A DNA stretch of 64,000 nt from IMG/VR virus record IMGVR_UViG_3300021432_000008, positions 1 through 64,000 of that record, one strand, 5' to 3'. The DNA is from a virus. The position numbers and the translations under genes are program-made. Shown here piece after piece: positions 26,627-35,851 of this stretch (position 1 is the stretch's first letter; every line of letters starts with the position of its first letter). The notes under the pieces are model-generated. The model was not told where the DNA came from, ran no database searches, and saw only the letters and a list, made by a program, of their open reading frames with translations.

Positions 26627-27394
26627 TCACTGCTTCGTCAGCGTTTCCGCAGGGAAGCCGCCCGTCTCCGTCTTGCCGTAGGTGTTGACCCACTGGCAGA
26701 AGACCTGTCGGGTATGCGTGCCGACGTCGATCACCGTCATCGTCGGGCCGCCGGAGTTGAGCATCACCTTGTCACCGGGCTTGAAGGGGCATTCCTTGGG
26801 ATCTGGCGGCAATAACCGGCGAATCCTCTCCGGAATGAACCCTGAAACCACATACGAGGTGACATTGTCGCCGTGCCCCGCGATGGACCACTGCCAGGGA
26901 TAACCTTCCGGCGAGTTCGCCGGAACGGAAGGCTGCGCCGACGCACCGTCTGGCGGAGTGGACTGCGTTCCGACGATCGCCTTGATCTGCTCGCGAACCT
27001 TTTCCTTCGTCAAGCCCATGTCGTCGAGTACCGCGAAGGCAATGTCGTCGTGCAGCAGCCCCAGAAGAATGTGCTCCGTGCCGATATGGCCGTGGTTCAG
27101 CCCGCGGGCTTCCCTGACGGCGTTCTCGATGACGAGCCGGGCGTTCGGCGTCTGGGGCAATTTGCCCATCGTCACCATGTCGGGACCGGGACGAATCCGG
27201 CTCTCCACCCCAACACGAATCTTGCGCAGGTCAACGTCCAGGTTCTTCAGGACGTTGGCGGCGACCCCAGAACCTTCCTTGATCAGCCCGAGCAGGATGT
27301 GCTCGGGGGCGATGTATTCGTGGTTGAAGCGCTGTGCCTCCTGGTTGGCCAGCTGCATCGTCTTGCGGGCACGATCGGAAAAGCGTTCGTACAA
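26627..27394 (-). CDS. Stand-alone ClpC N-terminal (Clp_N x2) domain fused to a YodC/DUF2158-like domain
   Basis: MYERFSDRARKTMQLANQEAQRFNHEYIAPEHILLGL...HIGTEHILLGLL; FKPGDKVMLNSGGPTMTV...CQW...FPAETL; no AAA+ motifs. Confidence 0.9.
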   Translation of the reverse strand: MYERFSDRARKTMQLANQEAQRFNHEYIAPEHILLGLIKEGSGVAANVLKNLDVDLRKIRVGVESRIRPGPDMVTMGKLPQTPNARLVIENAVREARGLNHGHIGTEHILLGLLHDDIAFAVLDDMGLTKEKVREQIKAIVGTQSTPPDGASAQPSVPANSPEGYPWQWSIAGHGDNVTSYVVSGFIPERIRRLLPPDPKECPFKPGDKVMLNSGGPTMTVIDVGTHTRQVFCQWVNTYGKTETGGFPAETLTKQ

Positions 27395-27406
27395 GGCTTC
27401 TCTCCT

Positions 27407-27919
27407 TTACTGCCGCGACTGGTCGAGGTTCCGGATGTACTTCACCGTCAGGTCGATCTCGGAGCTGATCCAGTTTATGTCATCGGGATCATGCCTCGGC
27501 GCGTGCGGCCCATTGATGATCCGCATCGGCTCCGGCGTGATCACGTTGCTGACGTTGTCTTGCGGCTGAAATATCTGGAGCGCATCCATCACCTGATCCT
27601 CCAGCGTGACAAGACCCGTCGTCAGGCGCGTCAACCGCAAAAGGTCGCTACCAGCCTGGTCCTGCTGTGATCGCACGCGGCAGACGATCGTCATGTGCCG
27701 GTCGCGGCGGTCGTCCACCCGTCCGGCGCCATGAAGTGCGTCATCGTCGCCGTTCTCGTCCATGAGGCGAATCAGCACGTCCTGCGTCGCCGTGAAGTGC
27801 GGGATCACGCCGTCGCCCACGATGCCCACGCGATCCGACTTGAAGCCGGTGATGGCCATGATCTGCGTCTGTATCGCCAGCGCGATCGTGCGGATCGACG
27901 TGCGGATGGGCTGCGCCAC
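27407..27919 (-). CDS. Putative tail completion/terminator protein
   Basis: Size, position and beta-rich pattern. Confidence 0.5.
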   Translation of the reverse strand: MAQPIRTSIRTIALAIQTQIMAITGFKSDRVGIVGDGVIPHFTATQDVLIRLMDENGDDDALHGAGRVDDRRDRHMTIVCRVRSQQDQAGSDLLRLTRLTTGLVTLEDQVMDALQIFQPQDNVSNVITPEPMRIINGPHAPRHDPDDINWISSEIDLTVKYIRNLDQSRQ

Positions 27920-27922
27920 GGG

Positions 27923-28099
27923 TCACTCCTTCGGCGGCATCTCGTCAGCGTGTGGCGTGACGGCTTCGACCGGACGGGCCTGATCGTCCACGTCAACGCC
28001 GAGGTCCTTGGCCAGCGCGGCGAGGGCGTGCAGCGTCGAGGGCGGGCTGTCCTCGATGAGACGCTTGCGGGCGAGGAGGATGAACTCGGTGGGGGACAT
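27923..28099 (-). CDS. Hypothetical protein
   Basis: GAGG RBS before MSPTEF. Confidence 0.45.
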   Translation of the reverse strand: MSPTEFILLARKRLIEDSPPSTLHALAALAKDLGVDVDDQARPVEAVTPHADEMPPKE

Positions 28100-28131
28100 G
28101 GGAACCTCAGATAAAAGAGATAGATAAAGTA

Positions 28132-29661
28132 TCAGGCAACGCACGTATCAAGGATCGTGGGCGAGCCGGATATGGGCATTTGCAGGTTGTTAGCGCGGAG
28201 AGAGAACCCGCTTGCCGCGAATGCTCGCTCCAGCCAGTAGTGGTACAGTCCCGATCCGCTGGTTGCGTAGTTGTTCGTGATCGCGACCGTCCAGGTGTCG
28301 GGGGTGAGCCCGTCCAGCATTCTTGTCGAACCAGCGTGAACCGTTGCGAAGGGACCGCCAGCGTACAGCTGCGTGGCTTGCTGCATCGTCACGTTGCTGA
28401 TGAAGATGTTCGTGCCCGTGGTCAGCGCCACCGACAGGCGGATGCGTAGACGGGCGTAGGGGACCGTCGTCGGCATGTTCTCCGGCGTGTGGATGACCAG
28501 GGTCAGCGCATGCCAGAGCGTATCGGCCACCGGGTTGAGGGTCTTGGTCACACTGTTGGCGTTGGCCTGGTCGTCGTTGATGACGACGCCGATACCAGCC
28601 GAACCATCGACCAGCGCGATTTCCAGAGTCCCCGCCGCCGGCGAGCCAGCCGAGAGCTTGTAAAAGAGACAAACATGGTACGTGGTATCGGGCGCCAGCG
28701 TTGCGTTCGTGCCCCCGAGTCCTACCCCCGGCTCGGGGCCCGTGTTGAACGCCTGCGTGATGCAGGTGAGCGTTGCACTATCGCCCACGAACTCAACCGA
28801 ATTGGCCGGACTGGTGAGATAACCCGTGGCGCCGCCGTTGAGTATCGCCGTGCCGACCACGCCGATAACTGGTGTCCATTGATCCGGGACGTTGAGGTTA
28901 GTGTAGACCTGGAAGTTGCCGTTGATCAGGAGGTTGCCGGCCTGGCCCGTGTAGTTGATGTCGCCTCGGACGGCCGCCAGGGTGGCGTTGGCTCCCGAGC
29001 CGCCGGGCCAGTTGAAGGCCGTCGCGTCCGTCACGGCGGGCAGGCCGACCGCGGAAAGGATCTCGTTGCCAAGAAGTGTGCCGCCCGTCAAACTGTCCTT
29101 CGTCACGGCGAAGGTGAGCGTCTCGGGAGGGCACAGAGCGAGAGCGACGCCGTTGCCCAGCTTCATTGACACGACGATGGTTGGATTGCCCGTCGGCGTG
29201 CCCACGTTGGTCTGCGCCCCGGCGGCAAGCGTGCCGCTCTGTACCGACGTGCCGGCGACCGTCATCTGGTTGATAAGCCCGACAATGCTCTGCTGGAGCG
29301 TGGCGGTAAGCAAGGTGGCGAGAGGCGCGTTGCTGGAGATGCCCAGCTGATCGAGGCCCCACATGGCGCGCGTTGTATTCGCGGCCTCGGTCGCGGCGTC
29401 CTTGACGATCCCTGCCAGGGCCGTCTGGTAGACGCCGAGCTGCGCCGTGATGTTGGGGTTCACCGTGATGATCTGGGGCAGTGCCGTGCCGGCCGCATAG
29501 TCGCCGGGAACGGTCGTGATCTCTCTGGTCGCCAGGCTGGCACCTGAGAGCACGCGCGAGGTCGCGGGACCGCCTGCGAAGGCGATCGCATCAGCAGCGC
29601 CGCCGAATTCATGACCAAGTCGGACGGACCAGCTGCCGGCCCCGGTCAACGGTACGCTCAT
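28132..29661 (-). CDS. Virion structural protein with a carbohydrate-binding-like domain
   Basis: G/T/A-rich; NLLINGNF motif; GAGGTG RBS. Confidence 0.7.
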   Translation of the reverse strand: MSVPLTGAGSWSVRLGHEFGGAADAIAFAGGPATSRVLSGASLATREITTVPGDYAAGTALPQIITVNPNITAQLGVYQTALAGIVKDAATEAANTTRAMWGLDQLGISSNAPLATLLTATLQQSIVGLINQMTVAGTSVQSGTLAAGAQTNVGTPTGNPTIVVSMKLGNGVALALCPPETLTFAVTKDSLTGGTLLGNEILSAVGLPAVTDATAFNWPGGSGANATLAAVRGDINYTGQAGNLLINGNFQVYTNLNVPDQWTPVIGVVGTAILNGGATGYLTSPANSVEFVGDSATLTCITQAFNTGPEPGVGLGGTNATLAPDTTYHVCLFYKLSAGSPAAGTLEIALVDGSAGIGVVINDDQANANSVTKTLNPVADTLWHALTLVIHTPENMPTTVPYARLRIRLSVALTTGTNIFISNVTMQQATQLYAGGPFATVHAGSTRMLDGLTPDTWTVAITNNYATSGSGLYHYWLERAFAASGFSLRANNLQMPISGSPTILDTCVA

Positions 29662-29769
29662 ACATCACCTCTATTTCTGTTCACTATCAAGGTTCGTATT
29701 GTCGCCTTTTCCCTTGCGTGCCCACCCGCCGTGCCTGACGATGGAGTGAGCCCGCTCTCGGAACCACCC

Positions 29770-30219
29770 ATGCCTCCTGAACGTCTCGAAGTCGTCGGCC
29801 GTGCCGAGCAACAGCCCCATCGCGGTCCCATCCTTCTTGTCCTGGGGATTACCGGGTTAGCCTTCTCGGCGTTGGGCGCGCTGTCCTGCGCCGTCCACCC
29901 CCTGGCGCTATTCCTCGTCGTCGGCCTGGCTCTTAGCGCCCTGGCCTGGCTTCTGGGAAGCGTGGACATGGCGAGGATTCGTACCGGCAGCATGGAGCCG
30001 TCAGGCAGGGCGACAACGCAGGCGGCGCGCACGTGCGGCATCGTGGGTACCGCCCTCTGTTCGCTCTTTCTGTGTGTCGCCGTCTCCACTTTCCTGTTCT
30101 CCTTCCTCGCGGCCTCTCGCTGGTTTGACCAGCAAAAAGCACCTGAACCTGTCCCCAGCACCGGGCCTCCCACCATCGAACGGCCTGGTGATGCCCCGGC
30201 CGAACGCCATCGTCAGTAG
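29770..30219 (+). CDS. DUF4190-like two-TM membrane protein (moron, antisense to tail operon)
   Basis: PHRGPILLVLGI...AWLLGSVDMARIRTGSMEPSGRATTQAARTCGIVG. Confidence 0.7.
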   Translation: MPPERLEVVGRAEQQPHRGPILLVLGITGLAFSALGALSCAVHPLALFLVVGLALSALAWLLGSVDMARIRTGSMEPSGRATTQAARTCGIVGTALCSLFLCVAVSTFLFSFLAASRWFDQQKAPEPVPSTGPPTIERPGDAPAERHRQ

Positions 30220-30815
30220 GCGATTCCTCCCCCTTGAAAGCCTTGCACCCCCGAAGACTTGTCGAGGTACTGGACAAAGTCCTGCGGGTTGAGGATGTTG
30301 CTCGCGGCCGGCGTCACGTCGAACGGGCTGGCTCCGAAGTCGAAGACGTCCACGCCGGGAACCGGCATCTTCTGGAGCTTGAACACCCAGGAGATGAACA
30401 GTCCGCGAAGCTGCTGACCGTCCACGAGGTTCTGAGGCGTGAAGTAGACCATTCGCCAGAACATCAACACGTCGTTGTTGTCCTGGGTGTTGAAGCTGGG
30501 CACAGGCGGATTGCTGCCGATGGCCTGGCCGGCACAGGAGATGATTTTCCAGCAAGACCCCGCGTGCGTTCGCCAGAACTGCTCGAGCGCCGACTGAAAC
30601 GGCGCGGCCACGGGAGAGCTTCGGAGCCCCTGGTCGCCCACGTACTCAATCGTTTGGCCCCAGGCATAAAGGGGAGTCGCCTGTAGGTTCTGCAAGGTCG
30701 GGGGAACCGGCAGACTTCCCGGCAAACCGCCCGGCGCGAAGTCAAAATTCGATACGCCCTGCTGGTATCCCGAAGCGGGGTCTTGCGGTTCCGGGTTGTA
30801 TGGGGTGTTCGGCAT
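30213..30815 (-). CDS. Putative tail protein
   Basis: Late-operon ORF. Confidence 0.6.
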   Translation of the reverse strand: MPNTPYNPEPQDPASGYQQGVSNFDFAPGGLPGSLPVPPTLQNLQATPLYAWGQTIEYVGDQGLRSSPVAAPFQSALEQFWRTHAGSCWKIISCAGQAIGSNPPVPSFNTQDNNDVLMFWRMVYFTPQNLVDGQQLRGLFISWVFKLQKMPVPGVDVFDFGASPFDVTPAASNILNPQDFVQYLDKSSGVQGFQGGGIAY

Positions 30816-30822
30816 CGGTTTT

Positions 30823-32301
30823 TCAGATTGTCGTGGGAAGGTCCTTGTTGCCGGGATCTTTCGGAATGGGCGGCACCGTGCATGCCTGCGCGTTGAGCGC
30901 CGCGGCGAACAGCGGAGCGACCCGGTTCCCACGAGTGTTCTTCGACAGTGGCAGCACGGGCGGGGACGTGGTCGCCTTGCGGTCTAGCCGGGCCGACGTG
31001 CCGCCCGTGAAGTTGATGACGAAGTAGCTTGCCATGTTCAGCAGGTTCGGCGCCAGGTCGGGATTGAGGATGGCCTTCAGCCCGACGACGTTGAGGTAGA
31101 GGAATTCCATTCTCGCCTCGATGAAGGGCGTCTCGTCGGAACCGACACCCTGCGTCACGTAGCACGAGATCATGGGCAGAGTATTCGATCCCGGTACGCC
31201 GATGGGCGAGAAGCGGTCGTAGACGATGGCCATGCCGCAGCGAACCATGCTGTTGAGCTGCTCCTTGCCAGGCAAGGTCCGCGTTCCGTCCCCTCGTGGG
31301 GCAAGAGTGTCGTCAAAGGGCCAGGCGTAAACGCGAACAACCGCGTTGGCGGTCACGCGCTGCGCCAGACCCGACGACCACATGGCGCCGGCCAGGAGAG
31401 CATTGTCGGCGCGAGTGCCGAACCCACTGCGCCCGGCAAACCAATCCAGTATGCTTGCTCCCGCCGTCGCCATCAGCGCGCCGCCGCCCGGCGTCTTCAT
31501 CGGCGATACGGCACCGGCCGTCACCATGCCCTCGACGCGCGTGATCCCGGCACCCAGCGGGCCGATCGCGTAGTTGTACTGCTTGTCGGTCACGCTCCAG
31601 TCGAGAACAGAACCGTCCTCGTTCTCCGCTACGTCCACGCCGTAGCGGCGCATCCATGTCGGACAAGGGACGACAACACCGCCGCGGAAAGAGTCAGCGG
31701 TCAGGTTGACGACTCCCGTTGACGCCAGCGTGTTGAGGTAGTCGAGTCGCAGGATCGCCTTGCCGCTGAGCGTGCGGACAACCATGCCGTCCTTGTCGGT
31801 AGCTTCCTTGGACGTCCAACGGTTGGACAGCACGAATCGGTTGCACTGACTCACCGCAAAGCGGATGTGAAAGACGAACGTCGCCGTCTTGTCGCCGTCA
31901 ATGTCCGTGAAGTCAAACGATTCGGGGATGGGGCCTCCGATGGGGTCGCAGACGAGCGCCGCCTTCGTACCCACCGTGGTCCCCGGAACGTCGAAGATCA
32001 GATCGGCACCGATGTAGACCTGCAAGCTCTGGCGGGGCGTCTTGAGCGCGTCCTTCAGGCGGTTAAGGGCAATGCCAAGGCGGTCCCCTTCAATCCCGTA
32101 GCTGCCGAACGGCCCCGGATTCGCCTTGCCCGAGCTGGTCATGAACGGGTTGACCTTGCCCTCCACGACAAGGTCAACCGTGTGGTAGAGGAGGTCCTTG
32201 TGGGTGGGGTCAAGCTCGCCGTCATTGTCGCACTTGTGACACTTGACGAGTCCCAGATCCTGATTGTTGTAGATGACGCGCACGGGATGCCCTCTATCCA
32301 A
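30823..32301 (-). CDS. Putative distal tail/baseplate protein
   Basis: Follows the tape-measure-position gene. Confidence 0.6.
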   Translation of the reverse strand: MDRGHPVRVIYNNQDLGLVKCHKCDNDGELDPTHKDLLYHTVDLVVEGKVNPFMTSSGKANPGPFGSYGIEGDRLGIALNRLKDALKTPRQSLQVYIGADLIFDVPGTTVGTKAALVCDPIGGPIPESFDFTDIDGDKTATFVFHIRFAVSQCNRFVLSNRWTSKEATDKDGMVVRTLSGKAILRLDYLNTLASTGVVNLTADSFRGGVVVPCPTWMRRYGVDVAENEDGSVLDWSVTDKQYNYAIGPLGAGITRVEGMVTAGAVSPMKTPGGGALMATAGASILDWFAGRSGFGTRADNALLAGAMWSSGLAQRVTANAVVRVYAWPFDDTLAPRGDGTRTLPGKEQLNSMVRCGMAIVYDRFSPIGVPGSNTLPMISCYVTQGVGSDETPFIEARMEFLYLNVVGLKAILNPDLAPNLLNMASYFVINFTGGTSARLDRKATTSPPVLPLSKNTRGNRVAPLFAAALNAQACTVPPIPKDPGNKDLPTTI

Positions 32302-33904
32302 AAGCGGCTACGATCTTGATGGCTTCCCGAGCGACGCCAATCATGGCCTCCTTCTCGGGTGACTCCTTCGCGGCGCCTCCGGCAACCGCCGCGACAACCT
32401 CGTGTCGAGAGCCCTGGCTGCGTCCCATGTCCGGCTTGTTGGGCCGTTCGTGCTTGCCCTCCTTTTGCATTCCCTGAATCTCTTTGGTCAAATCCTCGAT
32501 TGCTCCCAGCAGCTTCCGGCCGATCACTCCCTCCTCTCCTTCCATTCCCCCGCTCGCCACCGTCGGCGGCATGGCCGTCTGCGATACGCCCGCCGATGAC
32601 GGCGTCTGCTTTGCGGCCGACCGCTCATGGAGCGGCGAGGGTGGCGCCTGCGTTCGGAGGGGATCGCCCCTGGAGACATGACGAAAAAGCCGTTGCTCCT
32701 GCGTGTCGGGGTCTTGCTGTCTCCGCGCGGCGCGCTCCATCAGGACCGATGGTCGCGGCGGGACCGGCGATGGAGGCGCGGCCGGTGCCGGCGGTGTGGG
32801 TAGCAGCTTGGCGGCGGGAGGCGCGGCAGACGGGACCGGCGCGGCGACGGATGGCCGCACCGGCTTCTCGATGGGATGCAGTTCGACGCCGCCCTTGTTG
32901 CCGGGCACCTGCATCGCCATCGCCTGTGTTCCCCATTTATGACCCTTGGCATCCTGCATCATGCCGCTATTGACGCTGACAATAGGGATTTGCTTGCCTT
33001 CGGTGTGCGCCGTCACCTTGCCACCGGCTTGCAGGTGCGCCATCACGCGGGCGACAATCTTCTCTGCTGCCTTGACCGCCTCGCCGCCCATCTTCTCGAT
33101 TTCAGCGCGGGCATCGATAAATTCGCTCTTGGTCGCGGGCGGAGGGGGTGCTGCCGTCGCCGTTGGCGCTGCCGGCTTGCCGAACCAGTCTCCCGGCTTC
33201 GCTTCTGGTGCCGGCGCGGCCTTGGCCGCGGCAGGAGCCGCTGTTGCTGGCGGCAAGGTGGTGAGCTTTCCCTTGCCGAAAAGCTCCTCCAGCGATCCCT
33301 CGAAAGCCTTCTGGCGTCCCGGTATCTCTCGTGGTGCCGCCGTCGCAACCGGCGCCGGTACGGGCGGTACGGTAGAAGGTGGCGGCTTGCCTGCGGCGGA
33401 CGGCGCGGCAGAAGGTGGCGGTGCAGGCGGCACCGGAGGCACGAAGGGAGGCGCTACCGGCAGGGGGGCAGACTCCGCCAGCTTCGCCATTGCCTCGTGG
33501 CCCATCGGCTTCGGCGGAGCGGCCGGCGCGGGCGGCTTCGCCTTCGGCGCCTCCGGCGGCTTGACGGCAGCAATGAAGCCCTGGATGGCGTCGTAGACTT
33601 CCTTGACCTGCGCGATCTTGGCGGCGATCTCACCGAACCCTGTGGCACGCAGCAGCCGCATACCAGCCGGGTAGATTTCCGGCGTCTTCTCGGCCTTCTC
33701 GCTATCCAGTCCGCCGCCCTTGGGTGCGAACCGACCGCCAGGCCCGCGAGGCTGCTCACCGCCGCCGGTCCACGCGCCTCGTTCACCCAGCGGTTCCAGC
33801 CGTGAGAGCACCTGTCCCAGCGGCCCGGACGCCAGCGCGCGGGAGATCCGCTCCGGCAGATGCTCCAGAGAGGAAAGGATCAGGTTGCTCGCTTCGTCGG
33901 CCAT
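32294..33904 (-). CDS. Pro/Ala-rich protein in the tape-measure position
   Basis: Directly after the chaperone pair; low complexity. Confidence 0.55.
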   Translation of the reverse strand: MADEASNLILSSLEHLPERISRALASGPLGQVLSRLEPLGERGAWTGGGEQPRGPGGRFAPKGGGLDSEKAEKTPEIYPAGMRLLRATGFGEIAAKIAQVKEVYDAIQGFIAAVKPPEAPKAKPPAPAAPPKPMGHEAMAKLAESAPLPVAPPFVPPVPPAPPPSAAPSAAGKPPPSTVPPVPAPVATAAPREIPGRQKAFEGSLEELFGKGKLTTLPPATAAPAAAKAAPAPEAKPGDWFGKPAAPTATAAPPPPATKSEFIDARAEIEKMGGEAVKAAEKIVARVMAHLQAGGKVTAHTEGKQIPIVSVNSGMMQDAKGHKWGTQAMAMQVPGNKGGVELHPIEKPVRPSVAAPVPSAAPPAAKLLPTPPAPAAPPSPVPPRPSVLMERAARRQQDPDTQEQRLFRHVSRGDPLRTQAPPSPLHERSAAKQTPSSAGVSQTAMPPTVASGGMEGEEGVIGRKLLGAIEDLTKEIQGMQKEGKHERPNKPDMGRSQGSRHEVVAAVAGGAAKESPEKEAMIGVAREAIKIVAAFG

Positions 33905-33916
33905 ACGTCAGTGCCC

Positions 33917-34599
33917 TTACCTCCCCCACCCCAATTTCGCCCGGACCCGTGCATCGCTGCGTGCCCTGTTCGCCTCGTAGAGAATGTGCGGCGCTTCCTC
34001 TGCCACATCCGCCAGCGCGTCGCCCCACGCTTCATCGAGGTTGTCCGCCGAGAGGACCGCTGCTAGACCGCGGCCGACGTTATTGGACTGCCGAATGTCG
34101 CACCGGCCGATGTTGAGCCAGAGCCGGACGTAGAGCCTGTAAGTGAGGGGACGGCTGGCTGGCCAGCCGAAGACGCTGACCCAGCGGGCTCGTTGCCGTC
34201 CCCGCTCAGTTCCCCCGCTACCCACCTCAGGTATGAGTTGAACGCACTCCAGCAGTCCTGCGAGACGGCGCCAGTCCCCGTTGCCGGGTCAAAGGGCAAC
34301 ATGCCGAACGCCTCGTGAACAGCCGCCAGCAGCCTCTCCTCTGCTTCGGCCCGCCGCGATGCTTGTCCGGCCGTCTCGGGCAGCTCCTTTCCGGTCAGCG
34401 GGTCCATATCGATGACGGGATAGATAGCATGGATGGCTTCATCAGCCTGTCCGTCGGTCGCCTTCACCAGCCGGTTCCAGATGGCCAGCGGATCGCCGAA
34501 TACGTATTGCCGTACACGATCGGCGCCGCGCCCGATCGTGTAGCGGAAGATCAGCTTTTCCGAATCGGTGAACAGGTCGCCATCGTCTTTCTCAAACAT
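33917..34599 (-). CDS. Tail assembly chaperone G (34063..34599) and GT via -1 frameshift
   Basis: Slippery GGGGGAA at 34216-34210 joins the frame to ORF 33917..34225; follows the tube gene. Confidence 0.8.
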
Positions 34600-34614
34600 T
34601 GCCCCTCCCAGATG

Positions 34615-35196
34615 TCAATTAATACTTCCAAGGCTTGTCATGTTGAAGTCCATGAGCGTGAACTGCCCGACGATTCCCTGCGACGGGTTGAACGCTCTCA
34701 GGCAGTGCCAGACGAGATGCTGCTTGCGGGCCTTCGTCCCCAGGTCGGGGAAGCCGTCCTCTTGCAGCATGGCGAAGAGGAAGCGATAGCCGGGCGGTTC
34801 CGCGCCGGAAGGCCCGGTGGAGAAAGCGGCCTTGCTGGCGTAGGGGAATCGCAGGTAGAGCGGATACGCCTTCTGCTCCGTCAACATGAGCGTACCGATG
34901 GCGCCCGAGGGATCGTTGCCGGGCGCGTTACCGCCCGCGCCGAGCGTGGCAATGTCCTGGATCAAGGCAAGGACGTTCTGGTTCCAGCGCGCGAGGTCCA
35001 CGGTCACCAGAGCATCCTCTCCCTGGTAGACCACGTCGAACGGCACGTTCTGGCCGCCGAGGTCAACGAACACGTCGCTGAACTGCGGGCGCACCTGAAA
35101 GGAGGGGCCCTTCTCGCTGTGGCCGAGGAAGAACGGCCCTTGCCCCTGGGGAGCCACCCAGAGATCGACGGGCCCGGTGGTATACAGCTGCGCCAT
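34615..35196 (-). CDS. Major tail tube protein
   Basis: FFLGHSEKGPSF...DVFVDLGGQNVPFDVVYQGEDALVTVDL; position before the chaperone. Confidence 0.75.
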   Translation of the reverse strand: MAQLYTTGPVDLWVAPQGQGPFFLGHSEKGPSFQVRPQFSDVFVDLGGQNVPFDVVYQGEDALVTVDLARWNQNVLALIQDIATLGAGGNAPGNDPSGAIGTLMLTEQKAYPLYLRFPYASKAAFSTGPSGAEPPGYRFLFAMLQEDGFPDLGTKARKQHLVWHCLRAFNPSQGIVGQFTLMDFNMTSLGSIN

Positions 35197-35229
35197 ATTT
35201 CTATCTCATTTCTCTCTTATCCCACTTCC

Positions 35230-35838
35230 TCACCACCACTGGAGACCGCTGCCGCCGCCGGTAATGTCGGGAGCCTGTCGCTCCCAGGAGCGCCGGCCGA
35301 AGTAACTCCGCGCCTGGTACACCACGCCGTTGCGGTTCTGCACGTCGGCGGGCTGGTCGATGGTCTGGTTGATGTCCCCGGCCGGTTGCTTTTCCAGGAG
35401 GCCGAAGATCCACTCGCCCTTTTCCAAACGGTCAAGGGCCTCCAGCGCTGCCTTGACCTCGATGGGCAGCTCGCGCGGCGTCAGGGTCGGCCGGCGCTTC
35501 CACGCCTTCCACATGGCCAGATCGACGTTCATTTCCGTCAGGAACTCTTTGCTGTTGCCGATCAAGGACGCCAGGTCGTTGATGGGCGGCGTGGCCGTCA
35601 CATCAAGGACGTAGTTTCCACCCTTGGTGCATGCCGCTTCGATGAGCCCGGCCGCGGCCATGAGAAGCTTGACGGCGGTCGCGTAGATTGGCTGTCCCGT
35701 CTGCGTGACCTGCCAGGAGTTGACGATCTCCGTCGTCTTGTCGTCAACGAGCAGCTCGCCCACGCTACGGAAGTCGTAGTACGCGACCCAGTCTGTAGGT
35801 GTGGCGTAGGCGGAACTGCCGGAGGAGGGTGTAGACAC
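35230..35838 (-). CDS. Head-tail connector (Mu gp36/DUF1320-like)
   Basis: AYATPTDW...LMAAAGLIEAA...DLAMWKAWKRR...ALEALDRLEKG. Confidence 0.7.
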   Translation of the reverse strand: MSTPSSGSSAYATPTDWVAYYDFRSVGELLVDDKTTEIVNSWQVTQTGQPIYATAVKLLMAAAGLIEAACTKGGNYVLDVTATPPINDLASLIGNSKEFLTEMNVDLAMWKAWKRRPTLTPRELPIEVKAALEALDRLEKGEWIFGLLEKQPAGDINQTIDQPADVQNRNGVVYQARSYFGRRSWERQAPDITGGGSGLQWW

Positions 35839-35851
35839 GGTGACCCCTCCA

